Shown piece after piece: positions 23,071 to 36,019 of a DNA stretch of 49,834 nt. This DNA comes from Mayamaea pseudoterrestris (taxonomy: Eukaryota): assembly GCA_027923505.1 (NCBI GenBank), contig BROI01000014.1, positions 868,001 to 917,834 of the forward strand, in the 5' to 3' direction. The notes under the pieces were generated by a model. That model saw only the letters and a program-made list of their open reading frames with translations. It was not told the origin of the DNA and made no database searches. The position numbers and the translations under genes are program-made. Position 1 is the first letter of the stretch. Each line of letters opens with the position of its first letter.

Positions 23071-23341
23071 ATCAAAGTTAACCTTGCTGGCTTGTGCGTT
23101 GTGTAGGTTTTTTATATGGCAAGTACTTACAAAGAGAAGTAAAAGAAAATACCAGTATGGTGTCCACCACAAAACAAGAATGAAGCCTGACACAATAATA
23201 TCAGACCACCTTTATTCCAGCAGCTACAATGGACTAGGAGTGATCAACCTCCTTGTCCAACACAGCAAGGCAACAACAACAACTCAATTGCTAGAATAAT
23301 GTGTGTTACATCACTACTCTACTTGTTCACTTCTTCTCTGT

Positions 23342-26300
23342 GCATTGTTTCATGATGTCAAAAGTGCAATGCATTCATCACTAGCCCATGCAGTCTTCAA
23401 GTTCCATGACAGGGACAGCCATCATTTCATGTCCCCAGGCTTGTCCTCAGTAGCTGGCTGCCATAACCCACTCCAACAGCCAGAGTGGTATCAATAGATA
23501 GCTGGCAGTTGACAGGCATTGTTTCATAATGTCAAAAGTGCAATGCATTCATCAATAACCCATGCAGTCTCAAAGTTCTGTGACAGGAACTGCCAGCATT
23601 TCATGTCCCCAGGCTTGTCCTCAGTTGCTGGCCACCAAAACCCAGTCCAACAGCCAGAGAGGTGTCAATTGATAGCTGGCAGTTGACAGGCATTGTTTCA
23701 TGATGTCAAAAGTGCAATGCATTCATCACTAGCCCATGCAGTCTTCAAGTTCCATGACAGGGACAGCCATCATTTCATGTCCCCAGGCTTGTCCTCAGTA
23801 GCTGGCTGCCATAACCCACTCCAACAGCCAGAGAGTGTCAATTGAAAGCAGGCAGTTGACAGGCATTGTTTCATGATGTCAAAAGTGCAATGCATTCATC
23901 ACTAGCCCATGTAGTCTCCATGTTCCATGACAGGGACTGCCAGCATTTCATGTCCCCAGGCTTGTCCTCAGTAGCTGGCCGCCATAACCCACTCCAACAG
24001 CCAGAGATGTGTCATTTGATAGCTGGCAGTTGACAGGCATTGTTTCATGATGGCAAAAGTGCAATGCATTCATCACTAGCCCATGTTGTCTCCAAGTTCC
24101 ATGACAGGGACTGCCAGCATTTCATGTCCCAAGGCTTGTTCTCAGTAGCTGGCCGCCATAACCCACTCCAACAGCCAGAGTGGTATCAATTGATAGCTGG
24201 CAGTTGACAGACTTTGTTTCATGATGTCAAAAATGCAATGCATTCATCAATAGCCCATGCAGTCTCCAAGTTCTGTGACAGGGACTGCCAGCATTATTTC
24301 CCAAGGCTTGTCCCCAGTAGCTGGCTGCCATGAACCACTCCAACAGGCAGAGAGGTGTCAATTGATAGCTGGCAGTTGCCAGGCATTGTTTCATGATGTC
24401 AAAAGTGCAATGCATTCATCATTAGCCCATGTTGTCTCCAAGTTCAGTGACAGGGACTGTCAGAATTTCATGTCCCCAGGCTTGTCCTCAGTAGCTGGCT
24501 GCCATAACCCACTCCATTGGCCAGAGAGGTATATATTGATAGCTGGCAGTTAACAGGCATTGCTTCAAGATGTCAAAAGTGCAATGCATTCATCACTAGC
24601 CCATGTAGTCTCCAAGTTCTGCAACAGGGACTGCCAGAGTTTTGTGTCCCCAGGCTTGTCCACAGTTGGTGGCTGCCATGACCCACTCCAATGGCCAGAG
24701 AGGTATAAATTGATTGCTGACAGATGACAAACATTGTTTAATGGTGTTACAAGTGCAATGCATTCATCAATAGCCCATGTAGTCTCCAAGTTCTGCTAGT
24801 AGGACTGCCTGAATTTCATGTCCCCAGGCTTGTCCTCAGTAGCTGGCCACCATAACCCACTCCAACAGCCAGAGAGGTATCAATTGATAGCTGGCAGTTG
24901 ACGGGCTTTGATTCGTGATGTCAAAAGTGCAATGCATTCATCACTAGCCCATGTGGTCTCCAAGTTCTGTGACAGGGACTGCCAGAATTTCATGTCCCCA
25001 GGCTTGTCCACAGTAGCTCGCTGCCATAACCCACTCCAACAGCCAGAGAGGTGTCAATTGATAGCTGGCAGTTGACAGGCATTGTTTCATGATGTCAAAA
25101 GTGCAATGCATTCATCACTAGCCCATGTAGTCTCCAAGTTCCATGACAGGGACTGCCAGCATTTCATGTCCCCAGGCTTGTCCACAGTAGCTGGCTGCCA
25201 TAACCCACTCCAACAGCCAGAGTGGTATCAATTGATAGCTGGCAGCTGACAGGCATTGTTTCATGATGTCAAAAGTGCAATGCATTCATCAATAACCCAT
25301 GCAGTCTCCAAGTTCTGTGACAGGGACTGGCGGAATTTCATTTCCCCATGCTTGTCCACAATAGCTAGCTGCCATAACCCACTCCAACAGCCAGAGAGGT
25401 GTCAACTGATAGCTGGCAGCAGACAAGCATTGTTTCATGATGTCAAAAGTGCAATGCATTCATCACTAGCCCATGTAGTCTCCAAGTTCCATGACAGGGA
25501 CTGCTATCATTTCATGTCCCCAGGCGTGTTCTCAGTAGCTGGCCGCCATAACCCACTCCAACAGCCAGAGTGGTATCAATTGATAGCTGGCAGTTGACAG
25601 GCATTGTTTCATGATGTCAAAAGTGCAATGCATTCATCACTAGCCCATGTAGTCTTCAAGTTCCATGACAGGGACTGCCAGCATTTCATGTCCCCAGGCT
25701 TGTCCTCAGTAGCTGGCCACCATAACCCACTCCAACAGCCAGAGTGGTATCAATTGATAGCTGGCAGTTGACAGGCATTGTTTCATGATGTCAAAAGTGC
25801 AATGCATTCATCACTAGCCCATGTAGTCTCCAAGTTCTGTGACAGGGACTGCCAGCATTTCATGTCCCCAGGCTTGTCCTCAGTAGCTGGCTGCCATAAC
25901 CCACTCCAACAGCCAGAGTGGTATCAATTGATAGCTGGCAGTTGACAGGCATTGTTTCATGATGTCAAAAGTGCAATGCATTCATCAATAGCCCATGCAG
26001 TCTCCAAGTTCTGTGACAGGGACTGCCCGCATTTCATGTCCCCAGGCTTGTCCTCAGTAGCTGGCTGCCATAACCCACTCCAACAGCCAGAGAGGTGTCA
26101 ATTGATAGCTGGCAGTTGACAGGCATTGTTTCATGATGTCAAAAGTGCAATGCATTCATCACTAGCCCATGTAGTCTCCAAGTTCCATGACAGGGACTGC
26201 CAGAATTTCATGTCCCCTGGCTTGTCCACAGTAGCTGGTGCCATAACCCACTCCAACAGCCAGAGAGGTGTCAATTGATAGCTGGCAGTTGACAGGCATT

Positions 26301-29300
26301 GTTTCATGATGTCAAAAAAGCAATGCATTCATCACTAGCCCATGTAGTCTCCAAGTTCCATGACAGGGACTGCCAGCATTTCATGTCCCCAGGCTTGTCC
26401 ACAGTAGCTGGCTGCCATAACCCACTCCAACAGCCAGAGAGGTATCAATTGATAGCTGGCAGTTGACAGGCATTGTTTCATGATGTCAAAAGTGCAATGC
26501 ATTCATCACTAGCCCATGTAGTCTCCAAGTTCTGTGACAGGGACTGCCAGAATTTCATGTCCCCAGGCTTGTCCTCAGTAGCTGGCCACCATAACCCACT
26601 CCAACAGCCAGAGAGGTGTCAATTGATAGCTGGCAGTTGACAGGCATTGTTTCATGATGTCAAAAGTGCAATGCATTCATCACTAGCCCATGTAGTCTCC
26701 AAGTTCTGAGACAGGGACTGCCAGATCACGATTTCAATTGATCGCCAGGCATTGTCCAATCAAAAGTAGCTGCCATAGTCCCACTCCAACAGCCAGAAAG
26801 CCAGGCTTGTCACAACTCACAATTGATAGCTGGCAGTTGACAGGCATTGTTTCATGATGCCAAAAAAGCAATGCATTCATCAAAAGCCCATGCAGTCTCC
26901 AAGTTCTGTGACAGGGACTGCCGGAATTTCATGTCCCCATGCTTGTCCACAGTAGCTAGCTGCCATAACCCACTCCAACAGCCAGAGAGGTGTCAATTGA
27001 TAGCTGGCAGTTGACAAGCATTGTTTCATGATGTCAAAAGTGCAATGCATTCATCACTAGCCCATGTAGTCTCCAAGTTCTGTGACAGGGACTGCCAGCA
27101 TTTCATGTCCCCAGGCTTGTCCACAGTAGCTGGCTGCCATAACCCACTCCAACAGCCAGAGAGGTGTCAATTGATAGCTGGCAGTTGACAGGCATTGTTT
27201 CATGATGTCAAAAGTGCAATGCATTCATCACTAGCCCATGTAGTCTCCAAGTTCCATGACAGGGACTGCCAGCATTTCATGTCCCCAGGCTTGTCCACAG
27301 TAGCTGGCTGCCATAACCCACTCCAACAGCCAGAGAGGTGTCAATTGATAGCTGGCAGTTGACAGGCATTGTTTCATGATGTCAAAAGTGCAATGCATTC
27401 ATCACTAGCCCATGTAGTCTCCAAGTTCCATGACAGGGACTGCCAGCATTTCATGTCCCCAGGCTTGTCCACAGTAGCTGGCTGCCATAACCCACTCCAA
27501 CAGCCAGAGATGTATGAACTGATAGCTGGCAGTTGACAGGCATCATTTCATGATGTCAAAAGTCTAATGCAAGCATCACTAGCCCATGTAGTCTCCTAGT
27601 TCTGTGACAGGGACTGCCAGACCAGGCTTGTCCACAGTAGCTGGCTGCCATAACCCACTCCAACAGCCAGAGAGGTATGAATTGATAGCTGGCAGTTGAC
27701 AGGCATTGTTTCATGATGTCAAAAGTGCAATGCATTCATTCCTAGCCCATCCAGTCTCCAAGTTCTGCGACAGGGACTGCCAGAATTTCGTGCCCCTAGG
27801 CTTGTCCTCAGTAGCTGGCTGCCATAACCCACTCCAACAGCCAGAGAGGTGTCAACTGATAGCTGGCAGTTGACAGGCATTGTTTCATGATGTAGAAAGT
27901 GCAATGCAGTCATTGCTAGCCCATCTAGTCTCCAAGTTCTGCGACAGGGACTGCCAGAATTTTGTGCCCCTAGGCTTGTCCACAGTAGCTGGCTGCCATA
28001 ACCCACTCCAACAGCCAGAGAGGTGTCAACTGATAGCTGGCAGTTGACAGGCATTGTTTCATGATGTCAAAAGTGCAATGCATTCATCACTAGCCCATGT
28101 AGTCTCCAAGTTCTGTGACAGGGACTGCCAGAATTTCATGTCCCCAGGCTTGTCCACAGTAGCTGGCTGCCATAACCCACTCCAACAGCCAGAGAGGTGT
28201 AAATTGATAGCTGGCAGTTGACAGGCATTGTTTCATGATGTCAAAAGTGCAATGCATTCATCACTAGCCCATGTAGTCTCCAAGTTCTGCAACAGGGACT
28301 GCCAGAATTTCGTGGCTCCAGGCATGTCCACAGTAGCTGCCTGCCATGACACACTCCAACCACCAGCGGGGTATACATTCATAGCTGGCAGATGACAGGC
28401 ATTGTTGCATGATGACAAAAGTGCAATGCATTCATCACTAGCCCATGTAGTCTCCAAGTTCCATGACAGGGACTGCCAGCATTTCATGTCCCCAGGCTTG
28501 TCCACAGTAGCTAGCTGCCATAACCCACTCCAACAGCCAGAGAGGTGTAAATTGATAGGTGGCAGTTGACAGGCATTGTTTCAGGATGTCAAAAATGCAA
28601 TGCATTCATCACTAGCCGATGTAGTCTTCAAGTTCTGTGACAGGGACTGCCAGAATTTTGTGTCCCCAGGCTTGTCCACAGTAGCTGGCTGCCATAACCC
28701 ACTCCAGCAGCCAGAGAGGTATACATTGATTGCTGGCAGTTGACAGGCATTGTTTCATGATGTCAAAAGTGCAATGCATTCATCACTAGCCCATGTAGTC
28801 TCCAAGTTCAGCGACAGGGACTGCCAGAATTTCATGTCCCCAGGCTTGTCCACAGACGCTGGCTGCCATAACCCACTCCAACAGCTAGAGGGGTGAAAAT
28901 TGATAGCTGGCTGTTGACAAGCATTGTGTCATAATGTTAAAAGAGCAATGCAGTCAATATAGCCCATGTAGTCTCCACGTTCTGCGACAGGGACTGCCAT
29001 AATTTTGTGTCCCAGGCTTGTCCACAGTAGCTGGCTGCCATAACCCACTCCAACAGCCAGAGAGGTGTAAATTGATAGCTGGCAGTTGACAGGCATTGTT
29101 TCATGATGTCAAAGGTGCAGTGCATTAATCACTAGCCCATGTAGTCTCCAAGTTCTGTGACAGGAACTGCCAGAATTTTGTGTCCCCTGGCTTGTCCACA
29201 GTAGCTGGCTGCCATACACCACTCCAACAGCCAGAGAGGAATAAATTGATAGCTGGCAGTTGACAGGCATTGTTTCATGATGTCAAAAGTGCAATGCATT

Positions 29301-32300
29301 CATCACTAGCCCATGTAGTCTCCAAGTTCTGCGACAGGGACTGCCAGAATTTCGTGTCCCCAGGCTTGTCCACAGTAGCTGGCTGCCATAACCCACTCCA
29401 ACAGCCAGAGAGGTATCAATTGATAGCTGGCAGTTGACAGGCATTGTTTCATGATGTCAAAAGTGCAATGCATTCATCACTAGCCCATGTAGTCTCCAAG
29501 TTCTGCGACAGGGACTGCCAGAATTTCATGTCCCCAGGCTTGTCCACAGTAGCTGGCTGCCATAACCCAATGCAACAGCCAGAGAGGTGTAAATTGATAG
29601 CTGGCAGTTGAAAGGCATTGTTTCATGATGTTAAAAGTGCGATGCATCCATCACTAGCCCATGTAGTCTCCAAGTTTGGCAACAGGGACTGCCTGAATTT
29701 ATGGTCCTAGGCTTGTCCACAGCAGCTGCCTGCCATAACTTACTCCTGAGGCCAGAGAGGGATACATTGATAGCTGGCAGTTGACAGGCATTGTTTCATG
29801 ATGTCAAAAGTGCAATGCATTCATCACTAGCCCATGTAGTCTCCAAGTTCTGTGACAGGGACTGCCAGAATTTCGTGTCCCCAGGCTTGTCCACAGTAGC
29901 TGGCTGCCATAACCCACTCCAACAGCCAGAGTGGTATCAATTGATAGCTGGCAGTTGACAGGCATTGTTTCATGATGTCAAAAGTGCAATGCATTCATCA
30001 CTAGCCCATGTAGTCTCCAAGTTCTGTGACAGGGACTGCCAGAATTTTGTGTCCCCAGGCTTGTCCACAGTAGCTGGCTGCCATAACCCACTCCAACAGC
30101 CAGAGAGGTATGAATTGATAGCTGGCAGTTGACAGGCATTGTTTCATGATGTCAAAAGTGCAATGCATTCATCACTAGCCCATGTAGTCTCCAAGTTCTG
30201 TGACAGGGACTGCCAGAATTTCGTGTCCCCAGGCTTGTCCACAGTAGCTGGCTGCCATAACCCACTCCAACAGCCAGAGAGGTGTAAATTGATAGCTGGC
30301 AGTTGACAGGCATTGTTTCATGATGTCAAAAGTGCAATGCATTCATCACTAGCTTATGTAGTCCTTAAATTCAATGACAGGGACTGCCAGAATTTCATGT
30401 CCCCAGGCTTGTCCAACATAGCAGGCTGCCATAACCCACTCCAGCAGCCAGAGAGGTATACATTGATTGCTGGCAGTTGACAGGCATTGTTTCATGATGT
30501 CAAAAGTGCAATGCATTCATCACTAGCCCATGTAGTCTCCAAGTTCTGTGACAGGGACTGCCAGAATTTCATGTCCCCAGGCTTGTCCTCAGTAGCTGGC
30601 TGCCATAACCCACTCCAACAGCCAGAGTGGTGTCAATTGATAGCTGGCAGTTGACAGGCATTGTTTCATGATGTCAAAAGTGCAATGCATTCATCACTAG
30701 CCCATGCAGTCTCCAAGTTCTGTGACAGGGACTGCCAGCCATTCATGTCCCCAGGCTTGTCCACAGTAGCTGGCTGCCATAACCCACTCCAGCAGCCAGA
30801 GAGGTGTAAATTGATAGCTGGCAGTTGACAGGCATGGTTTGATGATGTCAAAAGTTCAATGCATTCATCACTAGCCCATGTAGTCTCCAAGTCCTGCGAC
30901 AGGGACTGCCAGAATTTCGTGTCCCAGGCTTGTCCACAGTAGCTGGCTGCCATAACCCACTCCAGCAGCCAGCAAGGTATAAATTGATAGCTGGCAGTTG
31001 ACAGGCATTGTTTGATGATGTCAAAAGTGCAATGCATTCATCACTAGCCCATGTAGTCTCCAAGTTCTGCCACAGGGACTGCCAGAATTTTGTGTCCCCA
31101 GGCTTGTCCACAGTAGCTGGCTGCCATAACCCACTCCAACAGCCAGAGAGGTATACTTAATAGCTGGCGGTTGCCAGGCATTGTTTCATGATGTCAAAAG
31201 TCTAATGCAAGCATCACTAGCCTATGTAGTCTCTAAGTTCTGTGACAGGGACTGCCAGAATTTCGTGTCCCCAGGCTTGTCCACAGTAGCTGGCTGCCAT
31301 AACCCACTCCGACAGCCAGAGAGGTATAAATTGATAGCTGGCAGTTGACAGGCATTGTTTCATGATGTCAAAAGTGCAATGCATTCATCACTAGCCCATG
31401 TAGTTTCCAAGTTCAGTGACAGGGACTGCCAGAATTTCGTGTCCCCAGGCTTGTCCACAGTAGCTGGCTGCCATAACCCACTCCAACAGCCAGAGAGGTA
31501 TGAATTGATAGCTGGCAGTTGACAGGCATTGTTTCATGATGTCAAAAGTGCAATGCATTCATCACTAGCCCATGTAGTCTCCAAGTTCTGTGACAGGGAC
31601 TGCCAGAATTTCGTGTCCCCAGGCTTGTCCACAGTAGCTGGCTGCCATAACCCACTCCAGCAGCCAGCAAGGTGTAAATTGATAGCTGGCAGTTGACAGG
31701 CATTGTTTCAGGATGTCAAAAGTGCAATGCATTCATCACTAGCCCATGTAGTCTCCAAGTTCTGTGACAGGGACTGCCAGAATTTCGTGTCCCCAGGCTT
31801 GTCCACAGTAGCTGGCTGCCATAACCCACTCCAACAGCCAGAGAGGAATAAATTGATAGCTGGCAGTTGACAGGCATTGTTTCATGATGTCAATTGTGTA
31901 ATGCATTCATCACTAGCCCATGTAGTCTCCAAGTTCTGTGACAGGAACTGCCAGAATTTTGTGTCCCCAGGCTTGTCCACAGTAGCTGGCTGCCATAGCC
32001 CACTCCAGCAGCCAAATTTGTATGAATTGATAGCTGGCAGTTGACAGGCATTGTTTCATGATGTCAAAAGTGCAATGCATTCATCACCAGCCCATGTAGT
32101 CTCCAAGTTCTGTGACAGGAACTGCCAGAATTTTGTGTCCCCAGGCTTGTCCACAGTAGCTGGCTGCCATAGCCCACTCCAGCAGCCAAAGATGTATTAT
32201 TTGATAGCTGGCAGTTGACAGGCATTGTTTCATGATGTCAAAAGTGCAATGCATTCATCACCAGCCCATGTAGTCTCCAAGTTCTGTGACAGGGACTGCC

Positions 32301-35300
32301 AGAATTTCGTGTCCCCAGGCTTGTCCACAGTAGCTGGCTGCCATAGCCCACTCCAGCAGCCAGAGAGGTATAAATTGATAGCTGGCAGTTGACAGGCATT
32401 GTTTCATGATGTCAAAAGTGCAATGCATTCATCACCAGCCCATGTAGTCTCCAAGTTCTGTGACAGGGACTGCCAGAATTGCATGTCGCCAGGCTTGTCC
32501 ACAGTAGCTGGCTGCCATACACTCCGACAGCCAGAGAGGTGTAAATTGATAGCTGGCAGTTGACAGGCATTGTTTCATGATGTCAAAAGTGCAATGCATT
32601 CATCACCAGCCCATGTAGTCTCCAAGTTCTGTGACAGGGACTGCCAGAATTTCGTGTCCCCAGGCTTGTCCACAGTAGCTGGCTGCCATAACCCACTCCA
32701 ACAGCCAGAGAGGTATGAATTGATAGCTGGCAGTTGACAGGCATTGTTTCATGATGTCAAAAGTGCAATGCATTCATCACCAGCCCATGTAGTCTCCAAG
32801 TTCTGTGACAGGGACTGCCAGAATTGCGTGTCCCCAGGCTTGTCCACAGTAGCTGGCTGCCATAGCCCACTCCAGCAGCCAATTTGTATGAATTGATAGC
32901 TGGCAGTTGACAGGCATTGTTTCATGATGTCAAAAGTGCAATGCATTCATCACCAGCCCATGTAGTCTCCAAGTTCTTTGACAGGAACTGCCAGAATTGC
33001 GTGTCAACAGGCTTGTCCACAATAGCTGGCTGCCATAACCCACTCCAGCAGCCACATTTGTATGAATTGATAGCTGGCAGTTGACAGGCATTGTTTCATG
33101 ATGTCAAAAGTGCAATGCATTCATCACCAGCCCATGTAGTCTCCAAGTTCTGTGACAGGGACTGCCAGAATTTCGTGTCCCCAGGCTTGTCCACAGTAGC
33201 TGGCTGCCATACACCACTCCGACAGCCAGAGAGGTATTATTTGATAGCTGGCAGTTGACAGGCATTGTTTCATGATGTCAAAAGTGCAATGCATTCATCA
33301 CCAGCCCATGTAGTCTCCAAGTTCTTTGACAGGGACTGCCAGAATTTCGTGTCCCCAGGCTTGTCCACAGTAGCTGGCTGCCATTACCCACTCCAACAGC
33401 CAGAGAGGTATGAATTGATAGCTGGCAGTTGACAGGCATTGTTTCATGATGTCAATTGTGTAATGCATTCATCACCAGCCCATGTAGTCTCCAAGTTCTT
33501 TGACAGGAACTGCCAGAATTGCGTGTCAACAGGCTTGTCCACAATAGCTGGCTGCCATAACCCACTCCAGCAGCCACATTTGTATGAATTGATAGCTGGC
33601 AGTTGACAGGCATTGTTTCATGATGTCAATTGTGTAATGCATTCATCACCAGCCCATGTAGTCTCCAAGTTCTGTGACAGGGACTGCCAGAATTTCGTGT
33701 CCCCAGGCTTGTCCACAGTAGCTGGCTGCCATAGCCCACTCCAGCAGCCAGAGAGGTATGAATTGATAGCTGGCAGTTGACAGGCATTGTTTCATGATGT
33801 CAAAAGTGCAATGCATTCATCACCAGCCCATGTAGTCTCCAAGTTCTGTGACAGGGACTGCCAGAATTTCGTGTCCCCAGGCTTGTCCACAGTAGCTGGC
33901 TGCCATAGCCCACTCCAGCAGCCAGAGAGGTATAAATTGATAACTGGCTGTTGCCAGGCATTGTTGCATGATGTCAAATGTGCAATGCATTTATCACCAG
34001 CCCATGTAGTCTCCAAGTTCTTTGACAGGAACTGCCAGAATTTCTCCCCAGGCTTGTCCACAGTAGCTGGCTGCCATACCCCCTCACGCCAAATTGATAG
34101 CTGGCAGTTGACAGGCATTGTTTCATGATGTCAATTGTGTAATGCATTCATCACCAGCCCATGTAGTCTCCAAGTTCTTTGACAGGAACTGCCAGAATTT
34201 TGTGTCCCCAGGCTTGTCCACAGTAGCTGGCTGCCATAGCCCACTCCAGCAGCCAAATTTGTATGAATTGAAAGCTGGCAGTTGACAGGCATTGTTTCAT
34301 GATGTCAAAAGTGCAATGCATTCATCACCAGCCCATGTAGTCTCCAAGTTCTGTGACAGGGACTGCCAGAATTGCGTGTCCCCAGGCTTGTCCACAGTAG
34401 CTGGCTGCCAAACTCCACTCCGACAGCCAGAGAGGTATGAATTGATAGCTGGCAGTTGACGGGCATTGTTTCATGATGTCAAAAGTGTTTACATTCATCA
34501 CCAGCCCATGTAGTCTCCAAGTTCTTTGACAGGAACTACCAGAAGTTCGTGTCCCCAGGCTTGTCCACAGTAGCTGGCTGCCATAGCCCACTCCAGCAGC
34601 CAAAGTTGTATGAATTGAAAGCTGGCAGTTGACAGGCATTATTTATTGATGTCAAAAGTGCAATGCATTCATCACCAGCCCATGTAGTCTCCAAGTTCTG
34701 TGACAGGGACTGCCAGAATTGCGTGTCCCCAGGCTTGTCCACAGTACCTGGCTGCCAATCTCCACTCCGACAGCCAGAGAGGTATGAATTGATAGCTGGC
34801 AGTTGACAGGCATTGTTTCATGATGTCAAAAGTGTTTACATTCATCACCAGCCCATGTACTCTCCAAGTTCTTTGACAGGAACTGCCAGAATGTTGTCCC
34901 CAGGCTTGTCCACAGTAGCTGGCTGCCATAGCTCACTCCAGCAGCCAAATTTGTATGAATTGATAGCTGGCAGTTGACAGGCATTGTTTTATGATGTCAA
35001 TTGTGTAATGCATTCATCACCAGCTCATGTAGTCTCCAAGTTCTGTGACAGGGACTGCCAGAATTTCGTGTCCCCTGGCTTGTCCACAGTAGCTGGCTGC
35101 CATAGCCCACTCCAGAGACATTGTTTCATGATGTCAAAAGTGTAATGCATTCATCTCTAGCCCATGTAGTCTCCAAGTTCTGTGACAGGGACTGCCTAGA
35201 ATTTCGTGTCCCCAGGCTTGTCCACAGTAGCTGGCTGCCATAGCCCACTCCAGCAGCCAAATTTGTTTGAATTGATAGCTGGCAGTTGACAGGCATTGTT

Positions 35301-36019
35301 TCATGATGTCAAAAGTGTAATGCATTCATCTCTAGCCCATGTAGTCTCCAAGTTCTGTGACAGGGACTGCCAGAATTTTGTGTCCCAGGCTTGTCCACAG
35401 TAGCTGGCTGCCATAGCCCACTCCAGCAGCCAAATTTGTATGAATTGGAAGCTGGCAGCTAACAGGCATTGTTTCATGATGTCAATTGTGTAATGCATTC
35501 ACCACCAGCCCGTGTAGTCTCCAAGCTCTGTGACAGGAACTGCCAGAATTTTGTGTCCCCTGGCTTGTCCACAGTAGCTGGCTGCCATAGTCCACTCCAG
35601 CAGCCAAATTGGTTTGAATTGATAGCTGGCAGTTGACAGGCATTGTTTCATGATGTCAAAAGTGCAATGCATTCATCACCAGCCCATGTAGTCTCCAAGT
35701 TCTGTGACAGGGACTGCCAGAATTTCGTGTCCCCAGGCTTGTCCACAGTAGCTGGCTGCCATAGCCCACTCCAGCAGCCAAATTTGTATGAATTGATAGC
35801 TGGCAGTTGACAGGCATTGTTTCATGATGTCAAAAGTGCAATGCATTCATCACCAGCCCAATTTTATCTCCAAGTACTGTGACAGGACTGCCAGAATTTT
35901 GTGTCCCCTGGCTTGTCCACAGTTGCTGGCTGCCATAACCCACTCCGACAGCAGCCAGAGAGGTGTCAATTGATAGCTGGCAGATAACAGGCATTGTTTC
36001 ATAATGTCAAATGTGCAAT
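23342..36019. repeat. 174-bp tandem satellite array, about 73 copies (span divided by period)
   Basis: Unit start gcattgtttc at 23342, 23516, 23690 and onward. Consensus gcattgtttcatgatgtcaaaagtgcaatgcattcatcactagcccatgtagtctccaagttctgtgacagggactgccagaatttcatgtccccaggcttgtccacagtagctggctgccataacccactccaacagccagagaggtgtcaattgatagctggcagttgacag, about 49% GC with no CpG. Confidence 0.97.

Noticed and set aside
23342..36019. Protein-coding tandem repeat (174 bp = 58 codons; many short ORFs listed)
   Set aside because: The frames I translated have recurrent stops, monomers carry 1-2 bp indels, and no domain is recognisable. A decayed coding ancestor cannot be excluded but is unsupported.
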